Assembly (NCBI GenBank): GCA_028534125.1
Contig: CM052816.1
Coordinates: 10,976,001 to 11,040,000 of the forward strand
From: Lama glama
Taxonomy: Eukaryota
Length of the DNA stretch: 64,000 nt
Direction of reading: 5' to 3'
Part shown: piece by piece, positions 23,201 through 36,268 of the stretch
How positions within the stretch are numbered: position 1 is the first letter of the stretch
Layout: each line of letters begins with the position of its first letter
Program-made: the position numbers and the translations under genes
The notes under the pieces: generated by a model
What the model saw: the letters and a program-made list of their open reading frames with translations, nothing else
What the model was told of the DNA's origin: nothing
Database searches by the model: none

Positions 23201-26159
23201 GTGCCCTCATGGGTATCTCAGGTGCCAGGAAAATACAGAGCAACCCCACCTCATCCAGACTGCAAGCTCCCCAGAGGATGGGATTCCTAAGGTAAAACCA
23301 GAAAGTTAAGTAGGAAATGCATTGTCCAGAGGATAAGAGGCCAAGAGTGTTCCAGGCATCAAGATGTGTGAAGGCAAAGGGGCACGTGGTGTACTTAAGA
23401 AAATTACAATATTCTGTTATGATGGATGGGTAAAAAACAGGAATGCGACCAACAGAAGCCAGGGGACATAAGGTCAAGGGACAGTAACACGTGATATGAA
23501 AAATACCAACGAATGGCCTCAGTGAGGTTCACACATCACGGAATCTCCAATAGCTAGGCTATGAGCCACTCAACAGAATAATTACAGTTTCCGTAACATA
23601 GCAAATATGAATGGTCCAGGCACAGGGGATATATCCTGAGAAACTCAGGTCAACTGTCAGGTCCTCAGATTGGCCTTTCCTGACCCCCCAACTTGCACGA
23701 GGACCAAGGCATTCTCTATTCCCCAAAGCATAGAGAAGGGTCTGGCTCATAGTAAGTGCTTAATAAATGTATGTTGAATAAACAAATAAATGAGTGAGGA
23801 AGACAGGCACAGGCGTGAAACCCTTAGGGAGCTTACACGATGAGCAGTGTGCCCCTGGGAGTGTGAGTTAAGGAAGGTTTGGTCTACGGCATCACAGGAC
23901 TGCTCAGAGGAGTCAAGAAATGAAAAAGAAAAAAACGGAGAGCCAGTGAGCCAAGACGCATATCAGAGCGAGCGACCGAGCTCAGACTGAAGCTCCAGTT
24001 ACCAGAGCATATGTATCCCTGCCTGATGCATTGCCCTCCCAGCAGCAGTCAGCCTTCTGGGACCTCGCAGAGCATGCAAAAAGGCTGACAGCTTACAATC
24101 AATACCATGTTCACCGATGCAGCGAGCGGCATTATCACATCCAAGATATTACCCCCACCTCCCAGCTCCGGCACTAAATATTCCCCATAACAAGGCTAAG
24201 GGAAGTGACAAGAGCTATTATTTTCAGCCTTCCCACTTGGAAGCAAGAGGTGAGGCAGTCCTTCCCCGGATGTTCTTAGGGGAAGGCAAGCCAGTTCCCC
24301 AAAGAAAGCGCTCAGCGCTAAGCCCAGACCTGATACAGCAGGACAGGGATGGGAGAAGATTAGCATTTTCATTTGCCTGGGTGTCCACAACATAGGGGAG
24401 GCTCTGTGGGCGGCTGAGAGGCACGACAGTGAATTAGAAGGGGATGGATGGTGAGGTTGGTGGGGGACGTGTGAGGTGTGAATGCTGGATTTCATTCTAC
24501 ATGCCCAAGTCACTCTAATAAAAAAATTTTTTAAAAAAACCTGACTCCCCCCTCCCAGTTTGGCTTTCTTATTTCAGTTTCTCTGACTGTGGCATAATTG
24601 AAAGTCATATTTCATCTAGGCTAATGATTTCCAACTCCAAGTGCAGGTGGCTTATGAACAGTCAGCCCAAATTTATCAAAGAGATCAGCCAACAACTGCA
24701 TGTTAAACAGCACCTATTTCCCAGCAGGGTAAGTGGACCGGTCACATTCCATTGGAGCCACAACGCAGTACTGCTGCCATGTCCACGGAAGCATGGCTTA
24801 GTCATCTCTGATGGGACACTAACAGGAAGACAGCCAGGGCTAGGACACTAGGATGGTCTTATTTCTTAACTCCGAGGTTGAGAAATTTCTTTAATGGCAG
24901 GCTCCGTTTTTCAGCCCCTCATTTCCTCTCTGACTAGATGAAGGCTGTCACTCTTATTTGTCATATTCTTTGGGGAAAGAGGCAGAAAGGTGAATTAGTT
25001 ATATCTGGGATGGTTCTGGAAAGAATCAGCTGAAACTCAAAGCTGGGTATATTCATGGAAGATGTGACAAACATCATAGAGGCTTATGAAGTGTCCATCA
25101 CGGAACAAGAAAGCTCATTTCAAAGCTAACAGCTTCCAAAGTACAGAAAGAAATGGAACGTGGTTCAAAGCTGTCTTTCAATTTGACCAGCACGGCAACG
25201 GTTAAGTAACTATCAGTCTCAGATGATGCCCTGAGAGGGACACTGGGAGGCTCCCTTGAGGGCAGTCGTTATAGCTTTCCCGTCTTCTCCAGCATTAAAC
25301 ACATGATGGATTCTTCTTAACACAACGTCACACACACGGCCTCAACATCCCACTGACTGACTCCCCTCTCTGAGAACCTTCCCTGAATTTGTGATCCTTC
25401 CTTTTGGAATGGTGGCTGCTTCCCAGCTGCTTAAGGACATAACCTGGAAACAAATGCTGTAAAAATGTTTCATTGTATTTTATATCAGGACTGGAGATCC
25501 ATTTACAAATTAAAATCTGACTGGCTTGGTTGATAATAAACTTTTATGACTCTACATAAGATTGTAACAACTTCTCTTTTCACCTGCTGGTTATACTGCT
25601 CAGTCACGACACTTGGGTGAAATAAGTGTCCTAGAGATGAGCAATAATTGAGCATTCCTGTTTGTGGACACACTTCAATTTGCCCTGGCACCTTCACAGC
25701 CAGAGGAGCGGAGTGAACTGCCCAAGGGTACACAGGGTTGCTCCCAGCCCAAGCCCGAGACCAGGTCTTTTGAATCTCTAAGATCAGCCTTATTTCATTG
25801 CTGCTTTGACATTTTTCTATGTGCCTAAAATCAATGGGTCTACTCCCACCTAGAGTGACGGTCTTGATGAGTTGTTTTAACTCCTATTCAAGGAGCACTC
25901 AGCACTTCTGTTGGCGGTACCAGAGAGTTCCGCAAGTGACGCTGGGAGAACTCCCTCACACCAAGGTTCACTGGAGTGCGTGCCGGCACAGATTCACGCA
26001 GGTGTACCCACGGCATTTATTCACCACATTACATATTATTTACCTACAAGATTAAGTGCTGTACATTTTTTGCCTGCCTTCAGAGCTCTTCACCAATTAT
26101 TCACACCTGGCCACAGAGTAACCTACATAATCATGGCATAATTCCTGTCCTCAAATATA

Positions 26160-27130
26160 GTCCAACAGGAAATGAAATTCCAAAAAGTGACTTCAATATA
26201 GCCCGGTTAATGTAATGGCAGAGATATGCGTGAGTTATGGAGGGTATGCAGAGTTACAGAATCTGATCTCCTGGGGGAGACAGAAATGGAGACCAATCCT
26301 AAAGGAGGATGAGGCAGCCACATGACCACGAACATGAGCAAAGGCACGTGGTTGAGAAGCCCCACCTGTCTCTGAGCACTACCAGCAGGTTGATTTCAGT
26401 GAAAGGAAAGACTCTTGGTTAGCACTGGCTCAAGTGCTGGTGAGGGAGCAGGGCCCACACTGCAGAGGGCCACCCAGAGAGCTTAGACATCACTCAGCAG
26501 CCAAGGGAGCAAGACTGGAAGATGTTAAACAGGAGAACTGACATAGAATTGTATTTCTGAAGACCATCTTGGCAACTGTGTAAATGACACATTTGATAGT
26601 AGACAAGATTGAAAACAGGAAGCTGTTGAAGTGGTCCAGGAAAGAGATGAGTGCCTAAATTGGGGATCGATATAACTTAGAGAATGACTTGATGAAAGCA
26701 AAGACAGAAGTTAATAAAGATGCCCAGGTGGATAGCTAAGATGACAAGCAATGGCATGAACAGAGTTGGAGATTAAAGGCACGGGACAGTAGGGTTTAGC
26801 TGGAGGAAAAGATAAAGGAGTCTAACTGGGGACATTGGGAGTTTGAGGAGCTAGTGAGGCAGCCAGGTGGAGAGAGAATCCCGACAGACATCGAGATAAA
26901 AAGACTTATGACCGAGATGCCACTGATATGCTGGAGAGTTAATTACTAGTGTGTTCTGGCCTTTCTGGAGAGGGTTACATGGGAGGACATAGAGTGAGAC
27001 TATGTTAGCTGAGCAGAGGGCCCTGGGGAACAACATGTTAAGGAACAGACAGTGGTGGCCACCCAAAGCTAGAGAAGGAAGCATCAGAGTCACGACAAGA
27101 ATCATGGGCAAAGGATACTATGGAGATAAA
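26160..27130 (-). mobile_element. LINE-2 fragment
   Basis: Antisense L2 signature (gaagtggtccaggaaagagatga...aaagatgcccaggt...ggacattgggagtttgagg). Confidence 0.6.
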
Positions 27131-27189
27131 GGAGTAGAGCTCCCCCATTGAAAAATCCAGCTCCTATAAATCTGTATTTAAAAAAAAAA

Positions 27190-28205
27190 AACAGTAGAAA
27201 AGTAATGGACTTGAGGGCAATTCACCAAAGATGATCTCCAGATAATCAACAAACATAAGAAACATGCTCTAGGGAACTATATTCAATATCTTGTAATAAC
27301 CTTTAATGAGTAAGAATATGGAAATGAACATATGTATACATACACACGACAGGGACATTGTGCTATACACCAGAAATGGACACATTGTAACTAACTATAC
27401 TTCTATTTAAAAAAAACAAAAAACATGCTTTACTTAGTCATCAGGGAAATGTAAATAGTACTGTACAGCCTCAAAAGGAATGCCATGAGAAGGACTAACA
27501 CTGACAAGTGTTGGCAAAGATATGGTGCAACCAGACCTCTCATACACTGCCAGTGAGATTACAAACCCATCACTTTGAAAACCAATGTAGCACTATCTAC
27601 TAATGTTGGAGATATTCATACCCTATGACCCAGCAACACATTCCACTCCTAAGCATACACTCAGCAAGCTGGTGCACGTGCACACCAAGGGACAAGTTCA
27701 CAGCAACACTCTTCTGGTGCTAAAATTAGACAACACAAATGACCACCAGCAGAACCAGTGTGTTCCTCTCGACAAAACAGAATTCTATCAACAAAAGTGA
27801 ATGAACTAAAACTCTGAACAACGACATGGGTGAATTTTATAAACCTGAGGTTGAGTGAAAAAAGCCACACAGAAAGTAACTGCTTCATGATTCCAATTAC
27901 ATAAAATACACAAGGAATTTTTTAAAATACATGAACAAGCAGAACTGAAGTATAATGTTGAGGATACATACTTAGCGGTCAAACTGTAAAGAAAAACAAG
28001 GAAATGGTCATTATAAAATTAAGGACCATGGTTATCTTTGGGCACAAGGAGTCACTGGGAGGAGGCATTCAGGGGACGTCTGGGAAGCTGGCACAAAATC
28101 CATCTACCATTTTAAAAGATTTCCCTTTACAATAATTCACTAAGTTCTACATTTGTTCTATTCAATTTTCTGTCTTATATAGTTCACCTTTTGATGTTTT
28201 TAAAA
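27190..28205 (+). mobile_element. Old LINE-1 (L1M) 3' region interrupted by a younger short L1 at 27269-27420
   Basis: ORF2-end and 3' UTR motifs (gtcatcagggaaatgtaaat, acaagtgttggcaaagat, ccctatgacccagcaa). The inner L1 tail is flanked by TSD aaacatgct at 27260-27268 and 27421-27429. Confidence 0.75.
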
Positions 28206-29149
28206 GCTAAGAGAGGGACTCAAACACCCTGACAACATGAGGCTGTTCTGTGTTGGGGAAAGCAGCCCTGACTGCCCATCAAGAGTGCTGGAGGGCATCA
28301 CTGAATCCTAACACAGGACAGCATGTTTGTAATGATGACTGTGAGCCATCAGGAAAAAAAAATCACGTTAATTCTGTATCTGCTGTTGGACAAGGCATGG
28401 AAACAGGAAATACGCAACAGAATAAAGGAAAGTTACAGAGGCTGCAGCAGCTATAGCCAAAAAACCACCACTGTGCTCAACCTAGGAATTGGGTGTAAAT
28501 TCAAATTCTCACCTTCCCTTTCAGAATTCGTCCTCATCCTCCCATCTTCAACGATCTTCTTCTTAACAGTCCCCAGGAAGAATAACCACTGTGAGTGTCC
28601 AGCTTCTAGCAGGGAATAAGCATATGACCAAGAAACAAGGGGTGGAGACACCCCTTTTCCAAAGTATCTGGGTACCTTAGTGAAGTATTTCCATTCACTA
28701 TTTCCATTTACCTCGCTAAGCAGAAAAATGTGATAAATAGGGCATTATCAATGCAGCCAACATTTGTCTTCACTACCCAGCATTCTGCCCTCTTTCTTAC
28801 CACAAAATCTCTAGACACTGGCTTCGGGTGGGCTGCTCTCTCCCAACCCCCGGCCACGTACCTTGAATGAAGCTGACCTCCCTCCTCGTCGAAGGATGGA
28901 GCCCATCCAACGAGCCCGCCACCGTTCACAGTAGGTGACCTAAGTCAGGCCGATCATGGCCGGCAAGGCTCCATTCTAGGGCTTTGTTTGAGCAATCAGG
29001 GAGGCAGACGTGTTCTTTCTTGATGAGTGACTAGAAAGGGATTAGGAACAGGAACAGCTGCAGCCACCTTGCCGCCACTTGCAGCTTGAGAATGGCAGAT
29101 TGCCAACTAGCACAGGGGTCTGAGCAGGATTCAGTCAACTCTTCCCACC

Positions 29150-29345
29150 AAGGGTCAGCTAGAAATATTTTAGGCTTCACAAGTGGTACAGTCTGTTCTA
29201 ACATCTCAACTCTGTCACTGTAGCATAAAAACATCTATTGCTAATATGTAAGTAATTGAGCATGGTTGTGTTCTAATAAAACTTCATCTACAAGAATGGG
29301 TGGAAGCAGGACCTGGACTGCAGGCCATAGTTTGCCAACCCCTGG
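29150..29345 (-). mobile_element. MER58A-like element inserted, with an adjacent MIR (~29360-29580), into an old MLT1 LTR (~28735-29760)
   Basis: Termini agggtcag...gccatagtttgccaacccctg; internal ttgtgttctaataaaacttcat. Confidence 0.65.
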
Positions 29346-29895
29346 TTTAATATACAGTCTCTGGAAATATTACATACTCAAATCCTGGCTCTGTTACTTG
29401 CACATTCCTAAACAAGTTACTTAATCTCTCTACCCCTCACTTGCCTCATGTGTAAATGTAAGTAACAATACCAACTACCTCACAGACTCTTTATGAGGAT
29501 TAAATGATGACGTATAATGTACCTAAACCAGTGCCTGGAACACTGAAGTGTTGTGCGTGTTAGCTGCTTTCACCTTTATCATTCATGACTACCGTCAATG
29601 GTGCCAAGAAAAGGAAACCCAGTCTTTTATCATTTGAGCCCAAGATCGAAATGGGCCAAAAGTTCTTAGCCCAGGCTATGAGCTTCAGGTACATGAGGTA
29701 CCCGTTTGCTTGAAACAGTGAGCTAGTTTTCTGTCTTATAACTGAAATTACTCCATCTGAATAAATGAATGGAAGCCAGCTAGGGATGACAGTTACCTAA
29801 CAGCCACGATGTAACCTCCCGCATGTCTGCACCCATCACAGACATCACCAATGGAACACAGCATTCTCTCTAAGCCCAGATAGGGACTCAGACAT

Positions 29896-30273
29896 TACTA
29901 TGGACTCAAACTCATATGTTGAAGCCCTAACCTGACAAAGTAATGGTATTTGGAGATGGGGCCTTTGGGAAGTAATCAGGTTTAGTTGAGGTTATGAGTG
30001 TCGGGTCCTCATGAGATCAGTGTCTTTCTAAGAAGACACATCACAGAGCCTGCTTCCTCTCTTTCTCTCCACCTGCACAAACCAAAGAAAGGCCATGTAA
30101 TGACAATGAGGCTTGCCATCTGCCAACCAAGGAGAGCACTCTCACCAAACACCAATCCCACTGGCACCTTGATCTCAGGCTTCCAGTTTCCAGAACTATG
30201 AGAAATAAATTCCTGTTGTTTAAGCCACCCAGTCTATGGTATTTTGTTACAGCAGCCCCGGTTGATTAAGACA
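29896..30273 (+). mobile_element. MLT1A-like solo LTR
   Basis: tactatggact...gtaatggtatttggagatggggccttt...gaaataaattcctgttgtttaagccacccagtctatggtattttg...taagaca. 5-bp TSD gacat on both sides. Confidence 0.88.
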
Positions 30274-31014
30274 GACATGTTTCCCCTCTCAGAACAAGAC
30301 CCAAGCAGTCTCTTTCCATCAATCAAAGTCAGTATGTGAAATGAAACCTCTTTATCCCTGCTTTAGGTCATGAATTCCTGGAGCTGATCCCTAGTAATAT
30401 TAATGAGCTTTGTAAATGTTCTCTTAGTGTATGCTTGGAACAAAGAAAGAAATTTGCTGTAAGAGCTATAAAATTTTAGGTGTGGTTCCATTTTTCACTT
30501 CTCATTTATGAGTCTTTATTCTGTTAAACTTAAAATCATCCTCCATTTCTTTTTTCTTTACCAATTACCTCTTCTATTAGAAGATTCAGTAAATGCTATC
30601 TGCATGAATGAGATCAGCAAAAGCTTCTAAAGAACAAGTTTCTCCTGTAATACAGGAAGTGATAAAATTAATAGACTTTAAAATGTAGAGTGTCACTGAT
30701 GAATGGAACGTCCTTAACCCACAGCAGAAAAAAACAATCGCATAATTAACTTGATTTGTTTTACATTCATAGGAAGAGGAGCTTTTGAATTCAGAATGGA
30801 AATGAGCCAAGAACCTGGATACTTTCTCTTTTTTCTTTAAAATTTAATTAGCTATGGCAAGCAATATTCCATACTTCCCAAATTCCTAACTTACACGGTG
30901 GGAATACCATTTCCACCTCCCTGAAAACTTAGATGCATTTCATTTCAAATCAAAGGAGATACCATCTGTTAACAAAGGATTCCCTAGTGAGTATACAGCT
31001 ATCTATGAACTGTG

Positions 31015-31175
31015 CAGAGCAGCAATTCTCAAATATGAACGTGCATCAGAATTACCCTGAGAGCTCATTAAAGCACACTGTGCTGGACCCTTCCTCAGAG
31101 GTTCTGATTCAGTAGCTCTGGGGTGGGGCTGGGAATCTGGCCCTCTAACTCACTCCCAGGTGATGCTAGTGCTTG
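31015..31175. mobile_element. MER5A-like hAT element
   Basis: cagcaattctcaaa...gcatcagaattacc...ttctgattcagtagctctggggtgggg...ctcccaggtgatgct. Confidence 0.7.
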
Positions 31176-31192
31176 CACATAATTGATACCTC

Positions 31193-31704
31193 TGTATTAC
31201 TTTTCTATGCCACATACAACTTACCACAAACTTAGTGTCTTTAAAAAAACACAAGTGTATTATCTCAGTTTCTCTGAATTAGGAGTCTGGGCATGAGTTA
31301 GCTGGGCCTTATGCTCAGGACCTCCAAGGTGCCAGAGCTGGGGGCCTCTTCCAAAATACCATGACTGTTGGCAGAACTCCTTTCCTCACAGCTAGGGAAT
31401 TCATGGAAGCTCTATCTTCAAGGCCAGCAGTAGGGTTTCTCTCACACTTGATTCTTCTCTGACGTCAAGAAGACCCAGTCCCTTTGAAGAGCTCACCTGA
31501 TTAGGTAAGACCCACCCAGGATAATTTCTCTTTTGATTAACTCAGAGTTAACCTATTAGTAGCCCAACCACAGGATTGCTATCCCATCATTGTCACAGGC
31601 TTTGCCTACACTTATAATGAGAGGATTATATAGGGAGGAAGGGAGTGTACACCGAAGAGTGTACAAAGACTCCTGGGGGTTGTCCCAGAATTCTGCCTAC
31701 CATA
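31193..31704 (-). mobile_element. MLT1-family solo LTR, reverse orientation
   Basis: tgtattactttt...ttaccacaaacttagtg...agaattctgcctaccata. 5-bp TSD acctc at 31188-31192 and 31705-31709. Confidence 0.8.
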
Positions 31705-34700
31705 ACCTCTATCACAGTACCTAAGCCCACAATATTGAATTACCAATTTATATATCTGCCTCCCTACTGAAAAGTGCCCATTTTACATCTATGCCCCCAA
31801 CACCAAACACTGAGTGCCAAAAGACATCCATCAACACCAAATGGACAAACTAATGAATTCTATACTGTTATCTCCTAGTGGAGACCTTTTCTTCCCTACT
31901 CATTTCAACATCAAGTTGAAGAAGTAAATGACAGATCTGATTACATGTAATGTCATCAGACAGAAAAACTGAGTAACAGCAAATAATATCCCTAAGCAAA
32001 ATTCTAATAACACGTGGACAATGCTAGTTTCACAGGATTATGAACTTCATGTAATAAATATTCAGTCATTAGGTTAAAATTGGGATTGCTAAAAGATTTG
32101 ACATAAAGGCTTTGACGCCTCGTCTTGTGCTTGACCAGATTACTTCAATTTACAGCTGTCATTATTATTAATATTCATATTTATCATTTGAGCACTATTT
32201 GTCAGGCATTGTGCTGGATGGTTGTAAGTAAACACTGTCCTCTAATGTCCCATGAAGGGTAGAGATTATTTCTCTCTGTTCACTGCTGTACCAGTGTTAA
32301 CTCACTGTCTGGTCACTAGTGGGCTCTCAATGAAACAAATGTTAAATGAGTTACCAAAAACCCTTGGAAGAAGCTATTAGGCCCATTTCAAATGTGGGGA
32401 AACTGATGCTCAGAGAAATTAAGTATGTTGCCTAAGGACACACAGGGAGACAGAATTCGTTCAAGCCCAAATGCTTCGCTCCGAAGTCCACACCCTTAAC
32501 TTCTCATCTGCAATACGTCACTTCTCACCCGTGGAATTACCCTATCTTAGGAAGTTTTGGCACTTTAAAAACTGGACTTAAGTTGGCCTAAGTCTCTTAA
32601 ACCAAAGTCTGTCTTTATGTGTACAAATTCTATTTCTTAGAGTTTTAGCCTTCTAAGCAAGCCTCTCTCAAGAGAGGGAGATGGGAAAGTGGACCATCAA
32701 TTATAACCCAGACCTACACTCATGTAAGTTTAGACCTCAAAACCCTTCTCTTAGATAAAGTCACTCAGGACAAATTCATTAAGGATTTACTTTAACCGTC
32801 TACTCTAGATGCCAATGGTTCTTGAAATAGTCGCCATCCTGGAAAAATCAGGCAAAGGTCCAGATCAAACTCCAAGTGGACATTTCAAATCCTTCCCATC
32901 AAATAGAAAATAAATCCACAAAACATATGTATGGGAAGTATACAATGGCCTTAAGAGATAGTGCCATCTGGGAGGTTGTATGCTCCAGAGATTTGGGGGT
33001 ATATAAATAGAAGTAGGCTGGCAGGAAGTATAAACATGATGGTGACTCCCCCATAAGACCCTGGTGAGAAGGATCATGAGACAAGATTGTGACTTTTCTC
33101 CTCTGTGCTTATTCAGAGTCACCTTCCAGAGTCCCTGGAAACGAGGCAACCAAACGCTCATTATGACACTTTTTCAAGAGAAATAGAAATGAGTAGGGCT
33201 GGAGACCTCCCTTGTGGACACATTCTTGGGTACTGGTGGACTCACCCCTTAACTGTGTTCCCACCCCAGTGGCCACACCCATGGTTGCCATGTTTTCACC
33301 CTTTGCCCCCACCTAGTGACCACAGCCGCACAGACCATAGTCTTGTGCAAGATTCTTAAAACAAACCCTGACCCACACGTGGAGGCTGAGATCATGGTGC
33401 AGTTTGGCCTGGTTTCCTGTAGGGGTGCAAACTTGAAGGCTGACTGGGAGGTGCTGTACAGTTGCTCTGTGAAGCACACATGTGCCTGCCCACAGGCTAT
33501 GTGTTAAGAGTCCCTGAGGAATTCAAAATAAGCACTTAGAAACTCTTACAGACCTCTGACAGTAATTTTATGACTATGGAATCTAATTTTAAAAATTGGG
33601 GTGTATCTTCTTTTAGTCTAATTTTTACAGTGCTTTGGCACAGACAATTTGAAAAACACTTTCAGAGTGGAAAACAGAGATCCGCAGAGATAAAGAGAGG
33701 CAGAGGCAGACATTTGGGAAAGGGTCCTGGGTTCTAGTCCATTCCCGAGGCCTGATGATACCCACGCCCTTCAATTTCAAGAAACCTTCCTGCGTCCTTG
33801 TGATGGTTGTTCCTTTTCTGCTGCCGCTTGCTCAGGTGATTTTATGGGCCCTCAAACTCAAGTCCTGTTGAATATATTCAAACTAGTCTCTGATGAGAGA
33901 GAGAAAAAAAGCCCTTCTGCAATTTATCCTTGTTTCTAAGAAGCTCTCCTAACCTGAGACTCCGTCAAAGCAAAGCAACAATTACCTTTTCATTCTCATC
34001 CTTGCTTAGGCCATTCATTCTAAAGTAACAGGTTTCCTTATGTTGGAATCATGGAGAAGAGAAGAGAAATGGCTGAAACAGAGAAGCGATAATAACTATG
34101 TAGAGAGAGCCTACTACGCGCTCTCACTAGAGTGAACAGGCATGAGAAGGTACGTGTGGAGCTCACGCCATAGTGGGAGGAGAGACACAGCCAACAACTT
34201 GACAAGTTAAGTCAATACGCAAGATCGTTCCAGAGAGTGACACCTGCAAAGGAAATTATATGTGACGATGAAAACAGACCACCCCCTCAAAACTACCAGC
34301 TAAGGCAAGGAGGAAGGCAGGAGAGAGGAAAAACTGGTAATGGTGATGAATATTAATAAATATCATTTACTAAAAACTAACTGTGCCAGGCCTGCTAAAT
34401 ATTTGAAGTACCCTCACAACAAGTGTAGGAGATGCGATTTCATTGCTGTCCCCATTTTACAGATGGGAGAAAGTTCAGAGAGATTCCCTAACTTGCCCAG
34501 GATAACAGCTGGGAAGACTAAGATAGTAAGCTAAATATAGCTTAGGCCAAAGCCCATATTCTTAACCTCCGCTGGAGAGTAATGGAACACAAAGGTGAGC
34601 CTCAACAGAATTACTATTTGGGGGGGGGGGGGATCACCCAGAACAGTCAGGCTCAGCCATTCTTGCTTCTTGGCAAAAAAGCCCCTGAAATCCCTCCACA

Positions 34701-35530
34701 CACTCACATTCCCTTCTGAAAGCCAATGCGAAGGCTCCCCCTCAGTGAGGCTAGTCAGCATCGGGTAGCAAGCGCCAACAGCAGCCAAGTGCTTTGGGCC
34801 ACACAAAAGCTGTTTTTGCAGGAAGGATCTCACCAAATGGAACAAGAAAGAAAGTTGGATCTTATGATGTTAGTTCTCTAAGCGGTGGCAGGGAATGGCT
34901 GTAAAATGACTACTAAAACCCGTCAGATGTACAAATGGCACGGACCTCAGCTGAACAGCGATTCAGTCCGTCAGTGAATATCTGGACTGGATTTCCAACA
35001 GCCAGAAGAGCCTGAGGCTCAGCTCTTTCTTTATAGATGCTAACCAATCCATCACAACCACCGCCACCTCCCCCTGCCATTTAAGCTATGTCCTCCCTCT
35101 CTCCAGGGTGTACCTCTCTCTCCCTCCCCCTCATTCTCTTGATAACTTAGTGCATGTGTTTTCTAATAACAGCTTCAGGTATCTGAGGTCATCCATCTTT
35201 CTTGACCTTATTGGTAGACAGGTTCTGAATTTAGACCGCCATAACCAGCTTGAGGCAGACTGCCTGACATGCAAGCAATGAGCAAAGATGAACACAAAAC
35301 TGTGTGCCTTCAGGTGTGGAAAAGATTTATGAAATGATAGCTCTACTGCAATTAAAAAAAATCCATTTCTACTTCACTATTGTAGAATTTGCCACAATCT
35401 AAGATAATTTTTATTGGATTTATCTGTATGCTGCCTCTGAAATAAAAGTACACTGAAGAAATTAATACTTTCAAGCAGTTCAGTAATATTAGCTCTGTGC
35501 AAACACACCATGTGCTAATTATCAAAGTGT

Positions 35531-36268
35531 TTTTGAGGATGTAGAGAAAAGGGAATCCTTGTGCACTGTTGGTAGGAATGTAAATAGGTACAGCCACTAT
35601 GGAAAATAGTATGAAGATTCCTCAAAAAATTAAAAATAGAACTATCATATGATCCGGTAATTCCATTCCTATTTATCCAAAGAAAACAAAACGACTAATT
35701 CAAAAAGACACACGCACCCCAGTGTTGATAGCATCATTTACAATTGCCAAGATACAGACGCAACCTGTCTATGAAAAGACGAATAAATAAAGAAGGTACA
35801 ATACATACATATATACACACACAATGGAATATTAACCAGCCATAAAAAAAAGAATGAAACTTTGCCATTTGCAACAACATGGTTGGACCTACAGCGTACT
35901 AGGCTTAGTGAAGTAAGTCAGACAGAGAAAGAAAAATACTTTGTATTTCTTAGATTCCACATACAAGTGAAAACAATCAAACATAACAAAACAGAAACAG
36001 ACTCACAGATACAGAGAACTAGTGGTTTCCAGTGGGGAGATGAGTGAAGGAAGGGGCAAGACAGGGGAAGGGGATTAAGAGGTACAAACTATTAGGTATA
36101 AAAAAAAGTTACAAGGATGTCATGTAAAGCACAGGGAATGTAGCCAATATTTTATAATAACCTTGTATGGGGTATAGACTATGAAAATATCGATTCACTA
36201 TCTTGTACATCTGAAACTAATATAATATTGTAAGTCAACTATACTTCAATTAAAAAAAAGAAAAGAAA
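35531..36268 (+). mobile_element. LINE-1 3' fragment
   Basis: gaggatgtagagaaaagggaa...ccactatggaaaatagtatg...gccatttgcaacaacatgg...gtcaactatacttcaatt, then an A tail. Confidence 0.9.
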
